Source: Candidatus Latescibacterota bacterium
Lineage (GTDB): Bacteria > Latescibacterota > UBA2968 > GCA-2709665
NCBI GenBank assembly: GCA_965222075.1
Contig: OZ244937.1
Coordinates: forward strand, 928,001-992,000
Direction: 5' to 3'
DNA length: 64,000 nucleotides
The first letter of the stretch is position 1; every line of letters starts with the position of its first letter. Made by a program: the position numbers and the translations under genes. Below the pieces are notes generated by a model. It ran no database searches, was not told where the DNA came from, and saw only the letters and a program-made list of their open reading frames with translations. Below, piece by piece: positions 9,429 to 20,752 of the stretch.

Positions 9429-11043
9429 ATGAAAATGATGTGCGGTTGGAAAGGCCTCTGCCTGCTCTGGGCCGTGTGTAGCCTGTACAGCGGCGCGCAG
9501 GCGCAGGGTGGACAGGCAGGCCTGCCTGGGGCACCGGGTACGGGTTGAACTGTTCGTGATGCCGCACTGTCCCTACGGCGTGCGGGCAGAGACGGCCCTG
9601 GCGCCGGTGCTGAAGGATTTTGGAGACCAGATCGATTTCCAGCTCTATTTTATCGCGAAAGAGGCCGGAAAAGAAGACGCACAGGCGCCGGTTGCCCGGG
9701 TATCGACGCCGCGGAACCAGCCTGCCTGTGAAGCGAGCACTGTTGGCGGAACGGGGCGCTTTCGCAGTTTGCACGGAGATGCGGAGGTGGAAGAGGGCAT
9801 CCGTCAGACAGCGATGATGGCCCTCTATCCTGACCGGTATTACGAGTATATTCTTTGCAGGAACAAGGCGGTGCATGCCGATAACTGGGAGACGTGTGCG
9901 ACGGCGGCCGGAATGCACCCGGCACGGGTTGTAGCGACGGCCTCGGGGCCGGAGGGCGAAGCGCTTTACCTTCAAAACATCCGGAGGGGCAACCTGCTGG
10001 GGATCAATTCCTCGCCCACGTTGCGGGTCAACGGGGCGGAGGTCAAGGATTTTCTTACTCCCCATGCTCTGGCGCGCCGCATCTGCCGGGGAAAGCGCGG
10101 CCCGGGTGCGTGTGAAGCAGTACCCGTCTGTGGAAGTGACCCGGATTGTTCGAGGCCGGGCAAGGTGGGCGTGTGCGTCAAACCGAATCGGCCGGATGCC
10201 CGGTGCAGGTTCAGCGATCCGGTTGTTTTTCAGATCACGGGGCTGAACGACCCCGAATGTAAGGTCTGTGAGACCGGGCCCTTCATCCGGTCTACGCTGG
10301 CGCTTTTTCCCGGCGCCCGGATTCGTACGCTGACCATCGGTTCGGCGGAGGGGCAGGCGCTGGTTGAGCGCTACGGCATCGATCGGGTGCCGGCCTTTGT
10401 TCTGGACGAGGGCTTTGACCGGACCGCCCGGTTTGCGCGGTTTGCGCGCCTGGTGCGCCGGGTTTCGGGGAAGTATCTGGTCGATCCGAGAATGATTCCG
10501 GTGACGCGGTTCCTGGACCGGGCGGCGCAGCCCGGGCGGCTGGACCTCTTTTTGGGGACAGCATCGTCCTTTGCAATGGGAACAGCAGGGGAATTGATCG
10601 TTTGGCTGAGGAAGGAGAATGCCCTGGATCGGCTGTACGTGCACTACCTGGGGGGGGGTGAGGATACCTGGCACCTCTGCGTTCAAAAGGCCCTGCCGGA
10701 GGGCCACCTGAATTATCTTGTATGCCGGGTGCGCGGGGTGGTGGAGGGGCAGCGGGCCCCCTCTCGGGAGGCCTGTATCAAAACGCTCGGATTGGATCCC
10801 GAACGGATCGGGCGGTGTGCAACAGGGGCCGAGGGGGCGCGCCTGCTTGAGAAATCGCTGGGCCTGGCTGCCGATCTGGGCCTCCAGAGGAGAGTGAATC
10901 CCACAGTAATGATGGATAACCGGATTGTGGTAACGGGCGGTATGGTCCGGCGGGTACGCGATCTTTTCCACCGGATACATCCGGGGCAAAGAGAAGGTGA
11001 ACACGATGCAGAGATGGGGGAGGGACAAGCTCAGAGGAGGTGA
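9429..11043 (+). CDS. Exported Cys-rich multi-thioredoxin/DsbA-like protein (frameshift near 9538)
   Basis: VELFVMPHCPYG and SSPTLRVNG thioredoxin-fold motifs; the signal peptide lies in another frame starting at ATG 9429. Confidence 0.6.
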
Positions 11044-11049
11044 TCGCTT

Positions 11050-11793
11050 GTGTACCGCTGGCAGAGCTGGGCTGTGGGGCTGGGGGTGTTGGTTATTGTG
11101 GGAGCGGGGTGTGATGGCGGCACGTCTGAAAGAGAGGGACTCGGTCCGGACGACGAGACACGGTACCGCCTTATGCGCAAAAAGATGGTAAAGTCGCAGA
11201 TTGAGGGACGGGGCATTGTAGATCAGCGGGTGCTGGCCGCCCTTCGGAAGGTGCCCCGGCACCGATTTGTCCCATCCCACTTACAGGAACGCGCGTACGA
11301 TGACAATGCGCTGCCCATTGGTGAAGGGCAGACGATTTCCCAGCCCTATATTGTAGGTATTATGACCGAACTCCTGGGATTGGAGGGAGATGAGCGGGTG
11401 CTGGAGATCGGAACGGGGTCGGGCTATCAGGCCGCTGTGCTGGCGGAGCTTGTCAAACACGTCTATACGATTGAGATCCTGGAGCCGCTGGCAGCGCAGG
11501 CAGAGCGCCGGCTGAAAGAGATGGGGTATACCAATGTGACGGTGCGTTGTGCAGACGGATATCAAGGGTGGCCGCAGATGGCCCCCTTTGATGCGATCAT
11601 TGTAACGGCGGCACCTGAGGAAGTGCCCCAGCCCCTGGTCGATCAGCTGCGCGTGGGCGGCCGGATGGCGATTCCGGTGGGCCGTTTCGATCAGGAGCTC
11701 ATGCTGCTGGTCAAGGAGGCCGACGAGGTTCGAGAGGAGCGGGTGATTCCGGTCCGATTTGTGCCGATGACCGGAGAGGCCGGTCGGCGGTAG
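11050..11793 (+). CDS. pcm: Protein-L-isoaspartate O-methyltransferase
   Basis: VPRHRFVP, GQTISQPY, VLEIGTGSGYQAA, APFDAIIVTAA. Confidence 0.95.
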   Translation: MYRWQSWAVGLGVLVIVGAGCDGGTSEREGLGPDDETRYRLMRKKMVKSQIEGRGIVDQRVLAALRKVPRHRFVPSHLQERAYDDNALPIGEGQTISQPYIVGIMTELLGLEGDERVLEIGTGSGYQAAVLAELVKHVYTIEILEPLAAQAERRLKEMGYTNVTVRCADGYQGWPQMAPFDAIIVTAAPEEVPQPLVDQLRVGGRMAIPVGRFDQELMLLVKEADEVREERVIPVRFVPMTGEAGRR

Positions 11794-11811
11794 AGAAGAG
11801 GAGGTGTTGTG

Positions 11812-11985
11812 ATGACGTTTTGGGGGGTTCTGATTTCTCTGATTTTTTTGGTGTGCTACCTGGGACAGTCGATTTCATCGGGGTTGGAAGGACGAAAGGC
11901 CAGGATCCTTCAGTGGTTCTGCTGGATATTGGCCACCGTGGCCATGCTGCTTTGCTATCTGTTGACCGAAACGTCGGCGGGATGA
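11812..11985 (+). CDS. Small membrane protein (57 aa, 2 TM), missing from the ORF track
   Basis: GAGGAGG RBS; MTFWGVLISLIFLVCYLG...WFCWILATVAMLLCYLL; stop overlaps the next start (ATGA). Confidence 0.65.
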   Translation: MTFWGVLISLIFLVCYLGQSISSGLEGRKARILQWFCWILATVAMLLCYLLTETSAG

Positions 11986-12464
11986 CGGTCTTAGAGGTCA
12001 AACGGCACCTGAACAAGCCGGATGCGTCTTATGGCTGCGACCTGCTGGTTCGGGGGCCGGGGTATGTGGTGCTCAAGTATGTGAGCGACCGGCCAGGACG
12101 GGTGGGAGATGTCCCCATAGAGATTGGATGCACGACGTTTGCCTATTACCGGGATGGCGCCGGATATGTGCTTTGGAAGATGTGCGGGGCAGACGGTCGG
12201 CTGAAAGGACACCTGTTTCACATCTGCCGGGATCTGAAGGTGGGGGATGGTCGGGTGGAGTACCTCGACTTGCTGCTGGACCTCTGGTACGATGCCACCG
12301 GCCGGTTGACGGTGCTGGATCGAGACGAACTGGAGGCCTGCCGTATATCGGGCGTTGTTGGAGAGGCGGATCTGGAGTGGATCGGCCAACAGGAACAGAG
12401 GATTGTGCGCCATGTCGGACAGATGCTCGGCGAACTGGACGCCCGGTTAGGAACCGGAGGCTGA
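11982..12464 (+). CDS. DUF402 domain protein
   Basis: YLDLLLDLW...VLDRDELE motif. Confidence 0.75.
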   Translation: MTVLEVKRHLNKPDASYGCDLLVRGPGYVVLKYVSDRPGRVGDVPIEIGCTTFAYYRDGAGYVLWKMCGADGRLKGHLFHICRDLKVGDGRVEYLDLLLDLWYDATGRLTVLDRDELEACRISGVVGEADLEWIGQQEQRIVRHVGQMLGELDARLGTGG

Positions 12465-13328
12465 TTGCCGCCAGTCGTTGGAGAGGAGGAACTCGCGAAA
12501 GGCGGCCTGGATGGCCGGGTGTTTGAGCGAGAAGGCAACGGTGGTTTTGAGGTAGGAGAGGAGGTCGCCCACGGTGTGCCACTCGCCCTGGATCGCACAA
12601 GCGTAGATCGCCCGGGACTTGACCATCATCTGGATGGCGTCGGTCAGCTGATATTCTCCATCGGGGGACGGGGGGATGCGTTCCAGGAACTCGAAGATTT
12701 CCGGTTCAAAGATGTAACGGCCCAGGATCGCCAGATTGGACGGTGCAGCCTCCGGGTGCGGTTTTTCAACCAGCCCTTCCACCAGGTAGATGTCGTTGAC
12801 CTGTTTTGCCTGAATCACGCCGTAGTGGCCGATGCGCTCTGTGGGGATCTCTTTGACGGCCAGGATGGAGGCGCTGTATTTTTCGTACTGGTCGATCAGC
12901 TGGCCGATACAGGGGCGCTTTGAGAAGACCAGGTCGTCTCCATAAAGGACGGCAAAGGGCTCCTCTCCAATGTGTTTGCGGGCCTTGAGAATGGCATGGC
13001 CGGTGCCCAGCATTTCTTTTTGGCGGACATAGTGTATGTCGGCCAGCTTCTCAATGCGTTCCAAGGTTTCGAGCATGGGCAGGTCTTCCCGCTCTTTCAG
13101 GGCATGGTGGATTTCCACATTGCGGTCAAAATGGTCTTCGATTGCCCGTTTGCCGCGTCCTGTGATGATCAGGATATCCTCGATGCCCGCATCCACGAGT
13201 TCTTCGATGATGTACTGAATGGCGGGTTTATCGACGATGGGCATCATCTCTTTTGGCAGGGCCTTGGTCGCCGGGAGCATCCGGCTGCCGTGACCTGCGG
13301 CGGGAATGACAGCTTTGCGTATTTTCAA
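12447..13328 (-). CDS. galU: UTP-glucose-1-phosphate uridylyltransferase
   Basis: KAVIPAAGHGSRMLPATKALPKEM, LVEKP, QLTDAI. Confidence 0.95.
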   Translation of the reverse strand: MKIRKAVIPAAGHGSRMLPATKALPKEMMPIVDKPAIQYIIEELVDAGIEDILIITGRGKRAIEDHFDRNVEIHHALKEREDLPMLETLERIEKLADIHYVRQKEMLGTGHAILKARKHIGEEPFAVLYGDDLVFSKRPCIGQLIDQYEKYSASILAVKEIPTERIGHYGVIQAKQVNDIYLVEGLVEKPHPEAAPSNLAILGRYIFEPEIFEFLERIPPSPDGEYQLTDAIQMMVKSRAIYACAIQGEWHTVGDLLSYLKTTVAFSLKHPAIQAAFREFLLSNDWRQSASGS

Positions 13329-13646
13329 AAAAGGCCTCCAGGTTATAGAGTGGAGCGTGAAAGAATGGTGAATGCTTCACGCTATGTACTAAATTAGCCG
13401 CCTTTGAAAAGCGTTGTCAAGTGGATTTCCGACGTGGGGAGGCATAGGTTGTTGGAATTTAAACTACTTGACTTTGCTTCTCTAATGATTTATTTTTATC
13501 TCGCCGGTGTATGTAAAGCCGCTTTGGTGGGCTGTTGTTCACATCGGGTTTTCTCTCCCCAGAATTTCCTTTCCCTGTTTTAGCCCTCGATTTTTCAGGC
13601 CCTTGCGGCATCGGACCCTCAGGGCCCCTTCAAGGGGTTTCCCTCT

Positions 13647-14297
13647 ATGCCTGCCTCAGAAAAGACGGGGGTCTTTCGCCTGGGGGCGCTGGCCTCCGGA
13701 GGCGGTACGAATCTCCAGGCCATCATGGACCGATGTGCATCTGGTGACCTTCCGGCGCGCATGGCCGTTGTGATTAGCAATAACAGCGGCTCGGGGGCAC
13801 TGGAACGGGCCCGGCGCGCAGGCGTGCCGGCCTGTCATTTAAGCGGCCGGACCCACCCCGATCCCCAGGCGTTGGACCGGGCGATTGCGGATGTGTTTCA
13901 ATCTTACGGGGTAGACCTGGTGGTGCTTGGGGGCTATATGAAAAAGCTCGGTTCCGTTACCCTCCAGGCCTATCCCAACCGGATTCTCAACATCCATCCC
14001 GCCCTGCTGCCGGCATTTGGAGGCAAAGGGATGTACGGGCTGAGGGTGCACCATGCGGTTATCGAAAGCGGGGCCTGGATTTCGGGGGTTACGGCGCACC
14101 TGGCGGATGAGGACTACGACCACGGGCCGATTGTGGCCCAGGAGGCCGTGCGGGTAGATCCGGACGATACGCCGGAATCTCTGGCTGCGCGGGTGCTGGA
14201 GGTGGAACATCGGCTCTATTCGGAGGTTATCCGGCTGTTCGCAGAAGGGAGGGTGGCCGTGCAGGGGCGGCGGGTCCGGATTTTGGAGCGTACCTGA
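13647..14297 (+). CDS. purN: Phosphoribosylglycinamide formyltransferase
   Basis: ASGGGTNLQA, NIHPALLP, YDHGPI. Confidence 0.95.
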   Translation: MPASEKTGVFRLGALASGGGTNLQAIMDRCASGDLPARMAVVISNNSGSGALERARRAGVPACHLSGRTHPDPQALDRAIADVFQSYGVDLVVLGGYMKKLGSVTLQAYPNRILNIHPALLPAFGGKGMYGLRVHHAVIESGAWISGVTAHLADEDYDHGPIVAQEAVRVDPDDTPESLAARVLEVEHRLYSEVIRLFAEGRVAVQGRRVRILERT

Positions 14298-14309
14298 TAT
14301 TCTGAAAGG

Positions 14310-15194
14310 GTGGGTATGGAAGAGGCCCTGCTGGAGACGCGGTTAGAGGGTGTGCCCCTGTTTGCCCGCGGAAAAGTGCGGGATGTCTACGATTTGGACG
14401 ACCGGCTGTTGATCGTGGCGACGGATCGGATTTCGGCGCACGACGTGGTGGTGCCGAACGGGATTCCGGGCAAGGGGAAGATCTTGACGGAGATGTCGCT
14501 GTTCTGGTTCGACAGGCTGGCGGGTCTGGTGCGCGACCATCTGATTACTGACAATGTGGACGAATACCCGGAGGAGGTGCAGCCCTACAAAGACCAGCTG
14601 GAGGGGCGGTCGATGCTGGTGGTAAAGGCGGAGCGGATCGATGTGGAGTGCGTTGCCCGTGGCTATCTGGCCGGGTCGGGCTGGCGCGAATACCAGCAGA
14701 GCGGGATGGTCTGCGGTATTCCCCTGCCGGCGGGCCTGCAGGAGTCCAGCCGGCTGTCCGAACCGATTTTCACGCCCGCCACGAAGGCCGAAACAGGACA
14801 CGATGAAAATATCTCGTTCGATCAGATGTGCGAGATTGTGGACCCCGAACTGGCCGGAAGGCTGAGGGATTTGACGCTGAAGGTTTACGCTGCGGCGCGC
14901 GACTACGCAGAGGGACGGGGGATTATTATTGCGGATACGAAATTCGAGTTTGGGCTGCACGATGGCGGGATTGTCCTGATTGACGAGATTCTTTCTCCGG
15001 ATTCTTCCAGGTTTTGGGACCAGGAGGTTTATGGGCCCGGACGTTCTCAGGACAGTTTTGACAAGCAGTTTGTGAGGGACTATCTGGATACGCTGGACTG
15101 GGACAAGACCCCTCCGGCGCCGGCGTTGCCGGAAGAGATTGTGCGCAAGACCCTGGAGAAGTACCGGGAAGCGCGGGACCGATTGCTGGGGTAG
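14310..15194 (+). CDS. purC: SAICAR synthase
   Basis: GKVRDVY, ATDRISA, IADTKFEFG, DEILSPDSSRFW. Confidence 0.96.
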   Translation: MGMEEALLETRLEGVPLFARGKVRDVYDLDDRLLIVATDRISAHDVVVPNGIPGKGKILTEMSLFWFDRLAGLVRDHLITDNVDEYPEEVQPYKDQLEGRSMLVVKAERIDVECVARGYLAGSGWREYQQSGMVCGIPLPAGLQESSRLSEPIFTPATKAETGHDENISFDQMCEIVDPELAGRLRDLTLKVYAAARDYAEGRGIIIADTKFEFGLHDGGIVLIDEILSPDSSRFWDQEVYGPGRSQDSFDKQFVRDYLDTLDWDKTPPAPALPEEIVRKTLEKYREARDRLLG

Positions 15195-15301
15195 GGGCGT
15201 GGGTTGTCGTAGTCTCCGGATAAGGGGTATTTTTGACCTGGTGGTTTTAAGGCAGCTTCTTAAAAACTGTTCACAGTATTGTTGTAGGGGATGCGAATAT
15301 T

Positions 15302-16321
15302 ATGCGATTTTCCCTTTCAAATCTGCTGTCAAACGATATCGGAATTGATCTGGGCACGGCCAATACCCTGGTCTACGTCAAGGGCCAGCGTATTGTGGTG
15401 AATGAACCCTCGATTGTGGCTCTGGATCGCAAGACAAACAAACCGCTGGCCATTGGCTCAGAGGCCAAGAAGATGATGGGGCGCGAGAATCCCGACATCC
15501 AGGTCGTCCGCCCACTGCGGGATGGGGTGATCGCCGATTTTGACGTGACGGAGGAGATGCTCCGGTTCTTTATCAAGAAGGTGCAAAAGAACAAGCTGCT
15601 GGTGCGTCCCCGTATTGTTATTTGCGTGCCTTCGGGGGTTACGCCGGTGGAGATGCGGGCCGTGCGGGAGTCGGCCGAACGCGCCGGCGCGAGAGAGGTT
15701 TTCCTGATCAAAGAGCCGATGGCAGCGGCGATTGGCATCGGGCTGCCCGTGGAGGAGCCTGTGGGGTCGATGGTGATCGACATCGGAGGGGGGACCACGG
15801 AGATTGCCGTGATTGCCTTAGCCGGAATTGTGACCTCCAAGTCGATCAAAGTGGCGGGGGACGAACTGGACGAAGCCATCGTTCAGTTCCTCAAGCGCAA
15901 TCACAATCTGATGGTGGGGGAACGAAGTGCGGAGGAGATCAAGTGTGCGATCGGGTCGGCGGGATACCTCGAAAGCGAGGACCAGCATCTCTGCAAGGGG
16001 GTGGATCTGGTTTCTGCCACTCCCAAGACCATTATTGTCGATTCTTCCGAAATCCGGGAGGCCCTGAAGGAAGCCATCGATGTCATTATCGATTCGGTGC
16101 GGCAGACCCTGGAGAAGACGCCCCCGGAATTGGCGGCGGATATTCTGGACCGGGGGATTATTATGACCGGTGGAGGCTCCCTGCTGCGGGGGCTGGACCG
16201 GCAGCTGGTTGAGGAGACGAGCCTCCCGGTGATTGTGGCCGACGATCCCTTAACGTGCGTGGTGCGCGGGACCGGCAAGGTACTGGAGAATATCGGCGCG
16301 TTTCAAAAGATGCTGATGTAG
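15302..16321 (+). CDS. mreB: Rod shape-determining protein MreB
   Basis: IDLGTANT, DIGGGTTE, TGGGSLL. Confidence 0.97.
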   Translation: MRFSLSNLLSNDIGIDLGTANTLVYVKGQRIVVNEPSIVALDRKTNKPLAIGSEAKKMMGRENPDIQVVRPLRDGVIADFDVTEEMLRFFIKKVQKNKLLVRPRIVICVPSGVTPVEMRAVRESAERAGAREVFLIKEPMAAAIGIGLPVEEPVGSMVIDIGGGTTEIAVIALAGIVTSKSIKVAGDELDEAIVQFLKRNHNLMVGERSAEEIKCAIGSAGYLESEDQHLCKGVDLVSATPKTIIVDSSEIREALKEAIDVIIDSVRQTLEKTPPELAADILDRGIIMTGGGSLLRGLDRQLVEETSLPVIVADDPLTCVVRGTGKVLENIGAFQKMLM

Positions 16322-16329
16322 GTCTGCTT

Positions 16330-17151
16330 ATGCACCGGCTTTACCAGGTTCTAAAGGACAACCGGGCCTATGTGGTGCTGGGGGTGGCGGTGCTGCTGTC
16401 GCTGATTCTGATGGCTCTGGGGCCGTCGGAGAAAATCGGACTGGCGCGTGGGGTGGCCACCGGCCTTTTAAAGGCGGGGCACTGGTTGTTTGCGTGGCCG
16501 ATGGATATTGCCGGGTTGCGGTATGAAAACCGGGTACTGAGGGAGCAAAACCTGCGCCTTTCCCTGGAGTTGATGAAACTCCGGGAGGCGCGTTTGGAGA
16601 ACAGGCGTTTGCGCAGCCTCCTCCAGTTTCGGGCCGAAGCGGAGGGGGTCGGCTCTTACCTGGCCGCGAAAGTGATCGCCCGGGATCCCGATCGCATTCC
16701 CAACACCATTCTGATTGATGTGGGGCGCAGCGATGGGGTTGAGAAACGGATGCCGGTGGTGACGGCGGACGGGCTGGTCGGGCGGGTGCTGGAGGCCCAG
16801 CGATGGACCTCTGTGGTGGTGCTGCTGCTGGATCAGAACTGCCGGGTAAGTGCGGTTGTACAACGGGAGGGCCGCATACAGGGTATTGTGCATTGTGAAA
16901 ACGGGACGCTTTATTTGAAGAATGTCAAGATGCGGACCGAGATTGACGTGGGCGATGTGGTGGTCTCTTCCGGGCTGGGAGGGATCTTCCCCAAAGGTCT
17001 GCTGGCTGGGCGGGTGGCCAGCGTGGGCCAGGAGGATCGCGGCCTCTTCCAGGAGGTCGTTCTGACGCCTGGCGTCAATTTTCTCAGCTTAGAGGAGGTC
17101 TTTGTGTTGAAGCGAACCCCGGCGCGTGGTCGCAGCACCGAGGTTCCTTGA
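16330..17151 (+). CDS. mreC: Rod shape-determining protein MreC
   Basis: N-terminal TM and coiled coil, GLVGRV, SSGLGGIFPKG; follows mreB. Confidence 0.93.
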   Translation: MHRLYQVLKDNRAYVVLGVAVLLSLILMALGPSEKIGLARGVATGLLKAGHWLFAWPMDIAGLRYENRVLREQNLRLSLELMKLREARLENRRLRSLLQFRAEAEGVGSYLAAKVIARDPDRIPNTILIDVGRSDGVEKRMPVVTADGLVGRVLEAQRWTSVVVLLLDQNCRVSAVVQREGRIQGIVHCENGTLYLKNVKMRTEIDVGDVVVSSGLGGIFPKGLLAGRVASVGQEDRGLFQEVVLTPGVNFLSLEEVFVLKRTPARGRSTEVP

Positions 17152-17153
17152 TA

Positions 17154-18638
17154 TTACTTTGTCAATTCTGTCTGAATGGCCTTTTTGATCTCCCTGAGGC
17201 GTGTGCCTTCAGGGGATCTTTTGTAAAAAGCATCCAGAGGAAAACACCCGGAGATGAGGCCGTTGCGGGGGGCAGTGGTGCAGTCGCTGAAGGTCCGGCA
17301 GACCTTGCGGGTGTTGAGGGTGCCCTTTGTGAGCACATCGTGCGGGAGGTCGGGATAAGAGAGGACCATCCGGCCAAGGCCGATGAAGTCGGCTTTGCCG
17401 TCGCGGACAATCTGCTGGGCCACGTGGGGAAGGTAGTCCTGCAGGTAGGAGTAAGCCGATCCGACAGTGAGAAAATCGGGATACCGTTTTTTGATTCGGC
17501 TCACAATCTCAATCTGCCGTGCAACGCCTACTAAGGGGTCCTCGGGAGGCTGATAGCCGTCGGAGGGGGGATAGTAGGCGGGTCGCTGGATGTGGGGGGT
17601 GTAGTAGGGGCTGCCGGCCGAGAGGTTGAGCAGGCGGATGTTGAGGTCCTGGAGGAGGTCTAAGAACCGGAAGGTCTCGGTGAGATCCGGACGGGTGGGC
17701 TGGGTCTGGTCCACGCCAAAGGCGTAGCGATAAGGAAGGCAGCCGGTGTGATCGTCCGGAATACCGGGGCCGAGCTTTCGGCCTTCGGACCTGGCGGGGT
17801 CGGGTCTGAAGGAGACAAAATCGAAGGCGCTGAGGCGGACGCCGATGAGGAGGCCCGGGGCGGTGGCGCGGATGCCTTCGACAATTTCGCGCAGAAAGCG
17901 CGTCCGGTTTTCAAAAGGCCCCCCATAGGGTCCTGGGCGGGTGGTGGCGCTGAGGAATTCGTGGCCCAGATAGCCGTGGCAGTGCTTGACGTCGACAAAG
18001 TGGTAGCCCAGTTCACAGGCCATCCGGGCGGCCCTGTGGTAGTCTTCAACGATGCTTCGAATTTCGCCGTCGGTCAGGACGGGGAGTGCGGGATCGATGT
18101 TGAATTTGCGGTCCAGGATGGGGTGGTGATAGACGATCTTCGGCTCCATCCTGATTTTGTCGTTGGGGCGGCAGAAACGGCCGGAGTGCGTAAGCTGCAG
18201 GCCTATGAAGAGGTCGTCCGCTGCGCCTGCGTGTTCTTTGTGCGCTTTGAGGAGTTCTTCACGCAATCGCCCCAGGCCGCTTCGGGTATGGTCTGCCGCG
18301 TAGAGCTGGTTGGGGTTGGCGCGGCCCTCAGGGCGCACCGCAATCGCCTCTCCACCCCAGATTAGCCGGGCGCCGCTTTTGCCAAAATTGCGCCATCGCC
18401 GGAAGACGTGTTCCGATGGATTGCCGTCGGTCTCTCCGTCCCAGCCTTCCATAGGCTGGATTGCAAAGCGGTTGCCGATGGTGAATGCTCCAAACCGGTA
18501 GGGCCGGGCCAGGGGGGAGTCGGGGGCGGTCAGGATCGCGTCGTCGCAGGGCAGGTCGATACCGAGGGTCTTGACGTGGGCCCGAAAGTCGTCTACGGTT
18601 TTGAGGTGTCCGATGCGGGCGATGGGGTCTGGGGGCAT
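17154..18638 (-). CDS. NADH:flavin oxidoreductase (old yellow enzyme family)
   Basis: [34 protein letters not shown]. Confidence 0.88.
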   Translation of the reverse strand: MPPDPIARIGHLKTVDDFRAHVKTLGIDLPCDDAILTAPDSPLARPYRFGAFTIGNRFAIQPMEGWDGETDGNPSEHVFRRWRNFGKSGARLIWGGEAIAVRPEGRANPNQLYAADHTRSGLGRLREELLKAHKEHAGAADDLFIGLQLTHSGRFCRPNDKIRMEPKIVYHHPILDRKFNIDPALPVLTDGEIRSIVEDYHRAARMACELGYHFVDVKHCHGYLGHEFLSATTRPGPYGGPFENRTRFLREIVEGIRATAPGLLIGVRLSAFDFVSFRPDPARSEGRKLGPGIPDDHTGCLPYRYAFGVDQTQPTRPDLTETFRFLDLLQDLNIRLLNLSAGSPYYTPHIQRPAYYPPSDGYQPPEDPLVGVARQIEIVSRIKKRYPDFLTVGSAYSYLQDYLPHVAQQIVRDGKADFIGLGRMVLSYPDLPHDVLTKGTLNTRKVCRTFSDCTTAPRNGLISGCFPLDAFYKRSPEGTRLREIKKAIQTELTK

Positions 18639-18803
18639 GGGGGCTCCGTTGGGGCTGACAAGTGCATGCGTGTGGGAAAATGATATCAATGCACGCCGCA
18701 CTTGTTTTTTATTTGCCGATTTTCCGTTTTGGGTTGTTATTGGATGTTGAATATACCAAACGGCCGGGTGTTGCGCAATTTCCCGTTGTCGAGGAGAGGT
18801 GTT

Positions 18804-20723
18804 ATGCAGAAGGCGGAAGGGTCGAAGGTTTGGGATTCCAGGGCGTCTTTTTTTCGCTGTACGGGGAAGGGGATTTCGGTGCGAGAGGCGGGCGTGCAGC
18901 TCCAGCGGGGGGTGACGGTGGCCGACGAGATGGGGCGAAACGCCCGCTGGGATCAGGAGAGGGTGGTGGGGCTGCGCCAGGCGAAGAAGATCTTTGTGCT
19001 TCCGGCGCTGGGCGCCAGGCGGGCGCTGCTGTGTCCCTACCTGGCCTGCGACCGGGAGGGCGGCGAACTGGACGTTTTGGTGAACGGGCAGCCGATCCGT
19101 GTGCGCCCGGACAAGGACCGTTCCTACTGGCAGGACCGCTGGACACCGGTGGAAGTGCCGGTCGCATATTTGAACGAGGGCGAGAACGAGGTCATTTTCA
19201 AGGCCGTGGGGGATGCGCAGTGGACGCTGCTGATCGAGAACGGGCGCTGGCCCGACCGGAGTGAGGTGAGCGAAGACGGGGGGCAGACGTGGCGTTCCGA
19301 GGATCTGGGCGAGAACAACCGGGCGGACGGAGAGTATATGGTGCGGCTCTGGCTGGACCAGTACGTCGCGTCGGGAGAGGTTGGCTCAGAGCCGATCGAT
19401 CTGCCTGGCCTGGCGACGGAGGGGGAGGTCGCACCCTGTGGAAGGGTGGAGTCGGTGCGGTTTGAAGCGGAGGGGAAGACGACCGGGGGGACGGCGTTGA
19501 CGCTGGAATGGCGCGCGGGATCAACACCGGCCTACGACCCGGAGCGCTGGTCGGCCTGGCGGGCGGTGGACTCAGAGGTTGTACCTGACGAGGACGTGCG
19601 GTTTGCCCAATGGCGCGCACTGCTGTATTCTGAGGCGCCGGACCGGACGCCCGTGTTGAAGCGGGTGCAGGTGGCTGTACAGGTGGAAGTCGCCCGGACG
19701 GTAGCGGCGCGTGTGGTGGCAAGCGACAACGCCGACCTGGTGAGGAGTTCGTACCGGTTTGCTTATCTGCCGGCGGATGCCCAGCGGGGGAAACGCCTGC
19801 GGGATCGGTGGAGATTGGACGAGGTCGTACGCGGCGCCAGGTCGGAATTCGACGTGTTTCTCCATCTGCGGCAATGGGTGCGGGAGCAGTGGGAGGATGG
19901 GTGGGATATGGGAGAGATCGATTTTTGCCCCCCCTGGGACGCTATGGTCATCCTGGAGCTGGCCAGCCGAAAGCTGAGCCTGGGCATGTGCACGCATTAC
20001 GCGACGGTGATGTCGCACTGCAGCGCGGCCCTCGGGCTGGTCGCCCGGACGCAGATTATGCGGGCGCACTGCATCAACGAGGTCTGGTCGAGCGAATACG
20101 GGAAGTGGGTTGCAATGGATGTGGGCGGAGACTCGAACGACGAGACGAAGTTTGCTTACCATTTTGAGCGCAACGAGGTGCCGTTGAGCGCCTTAGAGGC
20201 GCACCGGGCGTGGGTGGAAAAGGACTACGACGATGTGGTGATCGTGCCCCAGCCGCCGCCGGCGACCGGGGATCGGTTCGAGGTGGCCAAACGGCTCCAG
20301 CTCTTCGAGCGGTTTATGATTTCGCTGCGCAACGACGAGATGGTCACCATGGCGCCGGGGGAGCCGGAGCACGGGAAGGTCTCCTACCAGTACGACGGCT
20401 ACCTTTTCTGGCAGGACGGTGAGACCGAACCGCTGCCCTGGTTTTCGAAACACACGGACCGGATCGGAGACCTCTACTGGACGGTGAACCGGGCGAAGGT
20501 CCACCTGCGGCAGGGGACGCAGCCGGGGGTTCTGGAGGTCGTACTGGATACGGAGACACCGAATCTGAAGGGGTTTGAGGCGCGGGTGGACGGGGGAGAC
20601 TGGGAAGAGCGGGAGGCGCGCTTTGGCTGGACGCTGAAGGCGGGGAAGAACCGGCTGGAGGCACGCCCGGTGAACGCCTTTGACAGAAAGGGAGCGGTGA
20701 GTTGGGTGGAGATACGGTATTGA
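18804..20723 (+). CDS. Transglutaminase-like domain protein
   Basis: Cys-His-Asp pattern GMCTHY...HCINEVW...WVAMDV; N-terminal beta-rich domains. Confidence 0.65.
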   Translation: MQKAEGSKVWDSRASFFRCTGKGISVREAGVQLQRGVTVADEMGRNARWDQERVVGLRQAKKIFVLPALGARRALLCPYLACDREGGELDVLVNGQPIRVRPDKDRSYWQDRWTPVEVPVAYLNEGENEVIFKAVGDAQWTLLIENGRWPDRSEVSEDGGQTWRSEDLGENNRADGEYMVRLWLDQYVASGEVGSEPIDLPGLATEGEVAPCGRVESVRFEAEGKTTGGTALTLEWRAGSTPAYDPERWSAWRAVDSEVVPDEDVRFAQWRALLYSEAPDRTPVLKRVQVAVQVEVARTVAARVVASDNADLVRSSYRFAYLPADAQRGKRLRDRWRLDEVVRGARSEFDVFLHLRQWVREQWEDGWDMGEIDFCPPWDAMVILELASRKLSLGMCTHYATVMSHCSAALGLVARTQIMRAHCINEVWSSEYGKWVAMDVGGDSNDETKFAYHFERNEVPLSALEAHRAWVEKDYDDVVIVPQPPPATGDRFEVAKRLQLFERFMISLRNDEMVTMAPGEPEHGKVSYQYDGYLFWQDGETEPLPWFSKHTDRIGDLYWTVNRAKVHLRQGTQPGVLEVVLDTETPNLKGFEARVDGGDWEEREARFGWTLKAGKNRLEARPVNAFDRKGAVSWVEIRY

Positions 20724-20752
20724 AGGAGTAAGGATTGCGGCATGCAGATTGA

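Noticed and set aside
9530-9545. Programmed frameshifts here and at ~30167 and ~61999
   Set aside because: Single-base indels in otherwise intact genes with no slippery heptamer; sequencing error or recent mutation is more likely.
9379-11280. Long antisense ORFs (for example 633 aa here, also 1892-3145 and 60313-61554)
   Set aside because: Shadow frames of GC-rich genes with no recognisable motifs.
13470-13646. Purine/ZTP/PRPP riboswitch before purN
   Set aside because: No recognisable consensus; only a plausible promoter and GC hairpins.
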